Below, piece after piece: positions 56,944 to 64,000 of a DNA stretch of 64,000 nt. This DNA is from Bacteroidota bacterium (GTDB lineage Bacteria > Bacteroidota > Ignavibacteria > Kapaibacteriales > UBA2268), in assembly GCA_021780815.1 (NCBI GenBank), contig JAJXYC010000020.1, positions 5,046 to 69,045 on the forward strand. Reading direction: 5' to 3'. Numbering within the stretch: the stretch's first letter is position 1; each line of letters starts with the position of its first letter. A program made the position numbers and the translations under genes. The notes below the pieces were generated by a model. The model was not told the DNA's origin, made no database searches, and worked only from the letters and a program-made list of their open reading frames with translations.

Positions 56944-57977
56944 ATTTTTTCCTCCGGTTTATATCTTAAATCTTGTTCTATTAAATCTTCTTCTTTTAAT
57001 GCTCGGGTAATTCTAACAGATTTTTTCCCTTCAATACTTCCGGGGCGCCCAGCTAACTTTCTTTTCCCATTTATTAAAATTTCAATTTCTTCATTTACTC
57101 TTTTGTCAAGTTTAATAATATCCCCTTCTTCAAGCTCTAAAAGTTCCCCTACTGCAATTGAAGTTTTGGCTAATTCTGCAATAACAGGCAAAAATGTTGT
57201 AGAAATTTGTTTGTTGATTAGTAAAAAGTTTTCTCTTCGTTTTTTCATGGGTAAAGTTACTGGACCGGCAGTTACTTGTTGGCGGTTCAATTTAGTTAAA
57301 ACTTCTTCCAAAGCAAAAGTTGGGAAGCACAAATTCATCATATAAGTATTAACTCCAACATTTACATCAAAAGAAACCACCAGAACAATTTCCGATGAAG
57401 GAGCAACCTGAACAAAATCTGCTTCCATTTCTAATCTTGAATATCTAAAATTAATTTCAGAAATTGAACGCCAAGCATTACGCAAATCTGAAAGACCATG
57501 TTCAATTATCCCTCTAATTACAGCCTGTTCAATTGGAGTAATAGAGCGTGGTTTAGGTGCAACTTCCCCACTACCTCCAAGCAACTTTTCTACAATAATT
57601 AACGCTAATTGAGGACTAACTTCAAGTATTCCACTGCCATCAGTTCCTACTATATCAAAAACATACAAGCAACTTGGGTTAGAAACTGATAAAATAAATT
57701 CAGAATAAAAAAGTTGGTCAATTGAAGTTACTTCCACAGATATTAAAGATTGTAATTTTGATACTAGATAGTAGCCAAAAACCTCAGCAAAATTTTCATG
57801 AACTGTTTGTAAAGTTCTTAATTGATTTTTTGAAATTCTATTTGGTCTTCTGAAATCATAGTTTGAAATGTCGCTTGTTTTAAACTTACCGCTTATTACA
57901 TCTTCAACGGCTATTCGTCCACTGGACATCTCAGAAAGTAAATTATCTATTTCATTTTGTGAAAGTAAGTCTGCCAT
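56940..57977 (-). CDS. fliM: Flagellar motor switch protein FliM
   Basis: 345 aa. The N-terminus is the CheY-P binding motif LSQNEIDNLL. A FliM middle domain and a C-terminal SpoA-like domain follow. Confidence 0.9.
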   Translation of the reverse strand: MADLLSQNEIDNLLSEMSSGRIAVEDVISGKFKTSDISNYDFRRPNRISKNQLRTLQTVHENFAEVFGYYLVSKLQSLISVEVTSIDQLFYSEFILSVSNPSCLYVFDIVGTDGSGILEVSPQLALIIVEKLLGGSGEVAPKPRSITPIEQAVIRGIIEHGLSDLRNAWRSISEINFRYSRLEMEADFVQVAPSSEIVLVVSFDVNVGVNTYMMNLCFPTFALEEVLTKLNRQQVTAGPVTLPMKKRRENFLLINKQISTTFLPVIAELAKTSIAVGELLELEEGDIIKLDKRVNEEIEILINGKRKLAGRPGSIEGKKSVRITRALKEEDLIEQDLRYKPEEKI

Positions 57978-58003
57978 AATATTCTTTAACTTTACTACAA
58001 AAA

Positions 58004-58624
58004 TTATTCTTGTATAATAAATTCAATTAATCCTACGTTCAAGAGTTTAAAACCAAACTCATTCATAGTTGTCTTTAACGCATCTTTATAAATATTTTCT
58101 AATTCAGGCCTTTTTGCCTGTAATTCAGCTAATGTTAAACTTGCAATTTGATTATTTACGATACTTTTTATTCGTCCCAACATTTTTTGTACTATTGGAT
58201 GATTCATATTAAGTCCTTCTTTTCCCATTATTTCTTTTACTTTATCATCGTCTTTGTTATAAGGGACAAATTCTAAAGATAAATTTAAAACAACAAAAGT
58301 AGATGGAGCATCTTTGGGATTAGTTGTAATTCTACCTGTTTCCATATACAAAGAAGAATGAATATCATCTTCACTTTTTTTCTTGTCTTTATTGTCATTG
58401 CTGTTCGTAACTTGTCCATTTTGAGGAACAACTATTGGTTGTGTTGGAAACAATTTGGTTGCAATAAAATATCCAAAAACAACTGTAACGAGAATTAAGA
58501 CAATTCCTCCACCACCAATGCCAATAAGCATAGGTAAAGACAAAGCTCCGCTTGCTCCTTGCTTCTTTTCTTTTTCTTTTTTCTTTTGTTTTTCAGGTTC
58601 TTGCTTTTCTAATTCTTCTGCCAT
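58004..58624 (-). CDS. fliL: Flagellar basal body-associated protein FliL
   Basis: 206 aa. Charged N-terminus, a single TM helix, and a C-terminal FliL-like domain (FVVLNLSLEF...). Confidence 0.75.
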   Translation of the reverse strand: MAEELEKQEPEKQKKKEKEKKQGASGALSLPMLIGIGGGGIVLILVTVVFGYFIATKLFPTQPIVVPQNGQVTNSNDNKDKKKSEDDIHSSLYMETGRITTNPKDAPSTFVVLNLSLEFVPYNKDDDKVKEIMGKEGLNMNHPIVQKMLGRIKSIVNNQIASLTLAELQAKRPELENIYKDALKTTMNEFGFKLLNVGLIEFIIQE

Positions 58625-58643
58625 AAATTTCCCTTTTGTTTAA

Positions 58644-58670
58644 TTATCGGTTAATATTAAAATTATTTTA
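58644..58670 (-). promoter_or_regulatory. Sigma-28 (FliA)-type promoter upstream of fliL
   Basis: The minus strand reads TAAA (58670-58667), N15, then aCCGATAA (58651-58644), against the consensus TAAA-N15-GCCGATAA. The -10 element ends ~20 nt before the fliL ATG. Confidence 0.5.
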
Positions 58671-58805
58671 TTTAGAACCGCATAATTAAATTTCAACAAA
58701 TGAAACTTTAAAAATTATGCCAAAAATAATTCAATTTTAACCTTGTTTAAAATATACGAATTACTTGATTTTGAATTGTATAAAATTCATTTGTGGATGT
58801 TAATA

Positions 58806-59789
58806 TTATCTTTTTTCATTTTTATGGATAATAATCAACATCTTATTAAATTCAAATTTTACTTTATCTATTGCAATACCACGAATGTCATCAATCCCTT
58901 CATCTGCAAAAATAGTGCTATTAATATCGCTTAAAGGTTTAAACCAAGTATATGTCTCCTTTAATCCGGAATGAAGAGTAATAACCGGTGTATTAAAGGC
59001 AGCAGCAATATGAATTAACGAGGTATCTGGACTTAATAAAATATCAGTATTTTTTAATAAAGAAATCATATCTTTTATGTTTCTTGATTTAAATAATTTT
59101 AGATCTTTTACTTTGTTTACGATTTCTTCTGCCATTTCTATATGTTTGGGTTCACAGGTAATTATAAAGTTATCGTTCAGTAAGTCACAAGATAATAAGA
59201 ATTCAATCCACTTTTCTTTTAACCACATTTTGTTATCTTTGCTGGCAGACAAGTTGCAAACAATATTCTTTTGATTAAAGTTTAAAAATTGCAAAAAGTC
59301 TCTAACATAAAGTTTTGAGTTTTCATCTTCAACTAAAATTGGTTTAATAGGTTTATCAGGCAAATCAATCCCTAAACAGGTCAAAGGTAACCAAAGTCTT
59401 TGTACAAAATGAATAGATTGATGTTGTTCCATACCATCAATCCCTAAATCAAAATTATTTGAATTAATTTTGTTAAAGCCTATTTTTATTTTTGCTTTTA
59501 TAATTTTAGAAAAAATTGAACTTTCCCGTGAAAAATGGTCTTTCGGGTCAATATAATAATCATAATTTGTTGATCGCAAAGTAGATATTAATTTTAATAT
59601 TCTGTAAAACTTCTTATCGTAAACAAAAACTTTAGATACTGATGGATTGTTTTTTAAAATTTGAAAATTATAGTTAGAAGCAATAACATCAATATTTGCA
59701 TATGGAAAATTATTTTTTATTACTTGAATAAAAGGAGTAAGCAGGACCATATCACCGATCCTGCCTAGTAAAATAACCAAAATATTCAT
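58806..59789 (-). CDS. Glycosyltransferase family 9 (LPS heptosyltransferase-like)
   Basis: 327 aa. Contains MNILVILLGRIGDMVLLTPFI and the C-terminal DTSLIHIAAAFNTPVITL. Confidence 0.75.
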   Translation of the reverse strand: MNILVILLGRIGDMVLLTPFIQVIKNNFPYANIDVIASNYNFQILKNNPSVSKVFVYDKKFYRILKLISTLRSTNYDYYIDPKDHFSRESSIFSKIIKAKIKIGFNKINSNNFDLGIDGMEQHQSIHFVQRLWLPLTCLGIDLPDKPIKPILVEDENSKLYVRDFLQFLNFNQKNIVCNLSASKDNKMWLKEKWIEFLLSCDLLNDNFIITCEPKHIEMAEEIVNKVKDLKLFKSRNIKDMISLLKNTDILLSPDTSLIHIAAAFNTPVITLHSGLKETYTWFKPLSDINSTIFADEGIDDIRGIAIDKVKFEFNKMLIIIHKNEKR

Positions 59790-59792
59790 TTT

Positions 59793-60800
59793 TTATTGAT
59801 ATAGGTTTAATGCTGCTTGGTGTTCAGTTTTAACTTTATCAATTAATTCAAGTGGAGCTAAAACTTGGACATTGCTACCAAAGCCTAATATCCAGTTTAT
59901 CAATTCATTGTTAAGAACTACATTAAAGCTAATTTTGACATTGCCTTGTTCATCAGTAGTAGTAATTTGTTTTGGATTAAATTTACGATAACCAAAAACT
60001 TTTGCAAATTCACCTTTAAATAGTAATTCTGCAACCACTAATTCACCGTTTGATACACCAATTCTGTTTCCAAAGAATTCTTGTGGCTTAAATTCAGGAA
60101 CATATTCATTATATGGTAAAGCAGGAGTTACTTTTGAGATATTTTCCAACGGAATACAAACATAAGAGTGTTTTCTTGGAACAAAAGCAACAAAGAATAT
60201 AGAATTGTGGTATGTAAAGAAACCTTTGAACATAGCAAATTGATGTCTTATTTCAGTTTCAAACATTTCTGAATACGTAATATTAACCCATTTTTTGTCA
60301 ATAGTTGAGTTTACTAATTCTTCAAAAACACTGGAATAATTTTTGTAATCAACTTGCCCCCATTCGTTTATCATTGAAAACGATTCTTTAATGAAGGCGT
60401 CACCTGGTGCAAGATGTTCAATGCGTTTAAGTAATTTTTCTACTTCTTTTTCGAGAGGTGAATTTTCAAGTAATTGTAAGTGTGCTTTTAAATAATGCAA
60501 ATTTAACAAATCCCCTGAATCAAATTCGCCTAAGTACTTTGGTGTTAAAGCTGTTTTTGCTAATCTCCAATATACTTGGCGTCCAATATTAACTTGTTCC
60601 ATATTGGAAGCCATATCGTGAAGAGTACGCAAATCTCTTTGAACTGTCCTTAAGGATAAGTTTACTTTGAAAACTTTAATAATCTCGTCGTACATTTCAG
60701 CGCTAGAATAGCTGTTTCCTTCAAGAAACTTATTGTACATATAAATGACTCTGCGAGCCTGCTCTGTACCTAAATCAATCCTTGGCTTTGCTCTTCTCAT
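59793..60800 (-). CDS. HTH transcriptional regulator with a WYL-like domain
   Basis: 335 aa. N-terminal wHTH (YSSAEMYDEI...SLRTVQRDLRTL). The central domain (WVNITYSE...FFVAFVPRKHSYVCIPLENISKV) resembles a WYL domain with a degenerate WYL triad. Confidence 0.45.
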   Translation of the reverse strand: MRRAKPRIDLGTEQARRVIYMYNKFLEGNSYSSAEMYDEIIKVFKVNLSLRTVQRDLRTLHDMASNMEQVNIGRQVYWRLAKTALTPKYLGEFDSGDLLNLHYLKAHLQLLENSPLEKEVEKLLKRIEHLAPGDAFIKESFSMINEWGQVDYKNYSSVFEELVNSTIDKKWVNITYSEMFETEIRHQFAMFKGFFTYHNSIFFVAFVPRKHSYVCIPLENISKVTPALPYNEYVPEFKPQEFFGNRIGVSNGELVVAELLFKGEFAKVFGYRKFNPKQITTTDEQGNVKISFNVVLNNELINWILGFGSNVQVLAPLELIDKVKTEHQAALNLYQ

Positions 60801-60967
60801 TGTATATCTCCTTATTGTTTAATGAATTATTATAAATTGTTAATGTCACTATTTTCAAAATTTAATTTGTTGTTTTAAAAAATTTATATTTAAATTTCCT
60901 AAAAATGCAATTTAATAAATTATTTGAAATAATACCAATAAAATATAATATTTTTTTTATTTTTTTT

Positions 60968-62131
60968 TCAATTCAATATCTTTAATATTATTTCATTTAT
61001 TAGATATTTTCCTTTTGCATTTATCGATATTAAATTTTCATTTATTATAAAATATTCATTAATTTCAGGAAATTTTTCTTTAATGACTTTCAAAATATCT
61101 ATATCAAATTCTTTCAAAATTTCATTATTATTTAGCCCTTTTGCTCTTAATTGTAGCATAATTCTTTCAATAAATAAATCGCTTTTTGTTAATATTTCCT
61201 TGTTTTCAACAGGTAATTTGTGATTTTCTATTGAACTATAATAGTTGTTGATTTTTTTTGTATTCCAGGAACGTATATTTTTAAAAAAACTATGCGATGA
61301 AGGTCCAAAGCCGAAATATGGAATATGTTCCCAGTATTTGCTATTATGTTTTGATTCAAATCCTTTTTTCGCAAAATTTGAAATTTCGTATTGAACGTAT
61401 TGGTTTTCAGACAATTGATTAATTAATTCAAAATATAACTTTTCTTCAAGTTCTTCATCTATTAATTTTATTTTGCCTTTTTGTAGTGCTTTTTTTAATG
61501 GAGTACCATCTTCGTAAATTAAATTATAAGCAGATATATGTTCTGCCCCAATTTGAGTTGCAATTGACAAATCCGTTTTCCAATTTTCCAGAGTTTGATT
61601 TGGAAGACCATATATTAAATCAATTGATAGGTTATCTATGCCAGTTTCCCTTATTTTATTTATTGCTTCAATAGATTGTTCCGATGTATGTATTCTTTGT
61701 AAAAATTTTAATTGATTATCATTAAATGTTTGAACTCCAAGGCTAATTCTATTTATTCCTAATTTTTTATAATCTTGCAAATATAAACTTTCAAGTGTTC
61801 CAGGATTTGCTTCTAAAGTTATTTCGGATGATGGATTTAATATAAAATTATCATCTAAAGTTCTCATAATTATTTCAAGATTTTTGGGATTTAACAAAGA
61901 AGGAGTACCGCCGCCGAAATATATTGTATCAATTGCATATTTGGTATTATGCTCTTTTTTAAAAATTATAATTTCTTGAACTAAATTTTGAACAAAGTAG
62001 TCTAAATCTTGAACTTGAGTTAATGAAAAGAAATCGCAGTAAAAGCATTTATGAATGCAAAACGGTACGTGTAGATATAGTCCTGGTAATTTATCTACGT
62101 TAAAGTTTATTTTAAAATTTTGACTATTCAA
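60968..62131 (-). CDS. hemW: Radical SAM family haem chaperone HemW (HemN-like)
   Basis: 387 aa. CX3CX2C cluster motif HVPFCIHKCFYCDF, then GGGTPSLL. Length and C-terminal domain fit HemW. Confidence 0.8.
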   Translation of the reverse strand: MNSQNFKINFNVDKLPGLYLHVPFCIHKCFYCDFFSLTQVQDLDYFVQNLVQEIIIFKKEHNTKYAIDTIYFGGGTPSLLNPKNLEIIMRTLDDNFILNPSSEITLEANPGTLESLYLQDYKKLGINRISLGVQTFNDNQLKFLQRIHTSEQSIEAINKIRETGIDNLSIDLIYGLPNQTLENWKTDLSIATQIGAEHISAYNLIYEDGTPLKKALQKGKIKLIDEELEEKLYFELINQLSENQYVQYEISNFAKKGFESKHNSKYWEHIPYFGFGPSSHSFFKNIRSWNTKKINNYYSSIENHKLPVENKEILTKSDLFIERIMLQLRAKGLNNNEILKEFDIDILKVIKEKFPEINEYFIINENLISINAKGKYLINEIILKILN

Positions 62132-63351
62132 TTTTCTATATTCAAATTATAGTATTTCAATTTCCTATAAAATGTTCTCAAACTAATTCCAAGAGATTGA
62201 GCAGCCATTTTCCTATTTCCATTATATTTCTTTAAAGAAAACATAATAAGCTCCTTTTCAATGTTTTCTAAATTCAATGAATTAAGTGATTCAGCCCAGC
62301 TGTCGCTATTTTCTTCTTCAACAGAATAATAATTGTTTGTAGGCATTTGATAAATCTCTTGTTTGATTGCATCTATGTCATTTAAAATTTTTTCATTTTG
62401 ATTTTTCAGATAATCTATTTTACTTTCTAATTGAAATAATGCCTTTAAAAACAATGTTGTTTCAAATTTTTTAAAATCATCTTCGCTTTTAATTGGCATC
62501 AATTTGTTTTCGTCGTCATTGAAAACAACAGATTTTGCAGGAAGACCGAGTGGCAAATATTTTTGTATAATTGGTAAAGTAAGATATTCACCATTTTCTA
62601 ATGTTACAACTTTTTCGGTGAAATTTTTCAACTCTCTAATATTACCATTCCATTCAAGTTTTTGAAGAATATTTATTGCCTCTTGCGAAATTCCTTGGAA
62701 AGTAAATTTGTTTAATTCAGCAGTTTGTTTTGCAAAGAAATCAAACAGTAAAGGTATATCTTCTTTTCTTTCTTTTAATGAAGGAAGATAAATACGAAAT
62801 GAATTCAGCCTATAAAATAAATCAGAACGGAAATTACCATTATAAACTTCATTTTCAATATTACGGTTTGTTGCGGCAACAATTCTTACTTGAACTTTAT
62901 GTATTTCAGAAGAACCAAGACGAGAAAATTCACCAGTTTCTAAAATTCTCAGTAATTTTACTTGAATAGATAGTGGCATTTCCCCTATTTCATCTAAAAA
63001 AAGTGTACCTTTATTAGCGGCTTCAAAGAAACCTATTCTACGCTCATTGGCGCCTGTGAAAGCACCTCTTTCATATCCAAAAAGTTCAGATTCAAGCAAA
63101 GTTTCAGGTATAGCAGCACAATTAACACTCAAAAATGGATATCTATACCTTTTACTTAATTTGTGTATTGCGTTTGCAAACACTTCTTTTCCAGTGCCTG
63201 TGTCTCCTAAAATTAATACTGCTAAATCTGTTGGTGCAACTTGGATAAGTTGCTCAATTGCATTTTCAATTAAAGCAGATTGACCAATTATGCCTAATTG
63301 GTTTACCATCAATTCTTTTTGAGACTCAATATTTATTTTTTGTATTTTCAT
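62128..63351 (-). CDS. Sigma-54-dependent transcriptional activator with no N-terminal sensory or receiver domain
   Basis: 407 aa. The AAA+ core starts near residue 20. Walker A GDTGTGKE, the GAFTGA loop (ERGAFTGA), Walker B LFLDEIGEM and a C-terminal Fis-type HTH (AAQSLGISLRTFYRKL). Confidence 0.85.
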   Translation of the reverse strand: MKIQKINIESQKELMVNQLGIIGQSALIENAIEQLIQVAPTDLAVLILGDTGTGKEVFANAIHKLSKRYRYPFLSVNCAAIPETLLESELFGYERGAFTGANERRIGFFEAANKGTLFLDEIGEMPLSIQVKLLRILETGEFSRLGSSEIHKVQVRIVAATNRNIENEVYNGNFRSDLFYRLNSFRIYLPSLKERKEDIPLLFDFFAKQTAELNKFTFQGISQEAINILQKLEWNGNIRELKNFTEKVVTLENGEYLTLPIIQKYLPLGLPAKSVVFNDDENKLMPIKSEDDFKKFETTLFLKALFQLESKIDYLKNQNEKILNDIDAIKQEIYQMPTNNYYSVEEENSDSWAESLNSLNLENIEKELIMFSLKKYNGNRKMAAQSLGISLRTFYRKLKYYNLNIEN

Positions 63352-63354
63352 TAA

Positions 63355-64000
63355 CTATTTAATGTTTTCTTTTTCTGACCATTCAGCCCAACCACCCGAG
63401 TAAACAAATATATTTTTGAAACCAAATTGAATTAATTCTTTTGCTAACTCATCGGATAAATCACAAGCTCCACCATCACAGTAAACTACAATTTTTTTAT
63501 CTGTTGGCAAATTAAACATTTTTGGAACCTTAATGTTTGGGTCATCTAATGCAAAGATATTTATTGCCCCTTTAATGTGTCCTCTGTTGTAATTCTCAGA
63601 TTGTCTTGCATCAATTATGATAAAGTTAGGAGCATTTATAATTTTTCTCATTTGCATATAGGATATAAACTTTAACTCTTGTGGTTTTTCTTTTTTCAGC
63701 GTGTCGTTCGATTTTTTTTCATTCTTGGGTATTGAATCTATATGTATTGATGTATTATTATTTTGAACGGGAAAAGCATTATCTTTGGTAGCAACTAATT
63801 TATTAGAATCTTTTTTTGCAAGTTGGACTATATTATTAGTTGTATCATTTCCAAAAAGCAAAGAATCATTAGTAATTTCAACTTGTTTAGGTTTATATAC
63901 CAGCGGAAGTGCATTTGGTAATAATGAATTATACAATAATCCAACAACAATTGCTGTTGTTGAAATAATTAATACATCAACAAGGTTTGTTTTGCTAAAA
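63355..64000 (-). CDS. Membrane-anchored rhodanese-domain protein (N-terminus beyond the window end)
   Basis: The reading frame stays open upstream of the track's TTG start to position 64000 and encodes a hydrophobic helix (..LVDVLIISTTAIVVGLL..). The C-terminal rhodanese fold has IIIDARQSENYNRGHIKGAINI and VVYCDGGACDLS. Confidence 0.7.
   Translation of the reverse strand, partial: FSKTNLVDVLIISTTAIVVGLLYNSLLPNALPLVYKPKQVEITNDSLLFGNDTTNNIVQLAKKDSNKLVATKDNAFPVQNNNTSIHIDSIPKNEKKSNDTLKKEKPQELKFISYMQMRKIINAPNFIIIDARQSENYNRGHIKGAINIFALDDPNIKVPKMFNLPTDKKIVVYCDGGACDLSDELAKELIQFGFKNIFVYSGGWAEWSEKENIK

Noticed and set aside
58680-58735. Possible sigma-54 promoter upstream of fliL. The minus strand contains TGGCAT.
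   Set aside because: The position where the -12 TTGC element should lie reads TTAA. The spacing and sequence do not fit GG-N10-GC. The sigma-28 motif at 58644-58670 is a much better match.

Overview
This is an AT-rich, densely coding bacterial chromosomal window. I call about 64 protein-coding genes. I found no rRNA, tRNA, CRISPR array, IS element or prophage.

Gene content: S46 dipeptidyl-peptidase, LptF/G, GT9 heptosyltransferase, ThyX, fliLMNO, a sigma-54 activator and many multihaem cytochromes. This suggests a flagellated, diderm, FCB-group organism, possibly Ignavibacteria-like. That assignment is inference only.

Most genes are housekeeping:
- Central metabolism and biosynthesis: etfBA, purM, deoC, nuoJK, a 2-oxoacid dehydrogenase E2, thyX, CM-DAHP synthase/aroB/aroD, queD-like/folE and pyrC.
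- Replication, translation and nucleic-acid functions: trpS, recF-DUF721-gyrB and rnhB.
- Flagellum and haem handling: fliLMNO and hemW.
- Envelope: polysaccharide genes and anion transporters.

The stand-out is an eight-gene, same-strand redox cluster at 11952-19499. It encodes:
- a lipoprotein hexahaem cytochrome on a collagen-like Gly-X-Y stalk;
- a Cyc2-like fused monohaem cytochrome/beta-barrel porin;
- a Tat-exported Rieske lipoprotein with no canonical partner;
- two tandem monohaem cytochromes that cannot use Met ligation;
- a membrane-anchored cytochrome with 13 CXXCH motifs;
- a cytochrome b fused to a seven-haem c domain.

I interpret this as a candidate conduit from the outer membrane to the quinone pool, for extracellular electron transfer or iron redox. 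It mixes parts of the Cyc2, porin-cytochrome and CbcL/ImcH designs. The function and the direction of electron flow are untested inference.

Secondary observations:
- a ~187-bp direct repeat (gene 3' end plus bidirectional terminator) brackets a SulP gene;
- the two lipoyl domains of E2 are near-identical at nucleotide level;
- nuoJK stands alone, without the rest of a nuo operon;
- an exported WD40 propeller is paired with an OmpA-like protein;
- a sigma-28-type promoter precedes fliL;
- PadR operator-like palindromes lie upstream of padR.

All homology calls come from reading motifs by eye. No database search was run.
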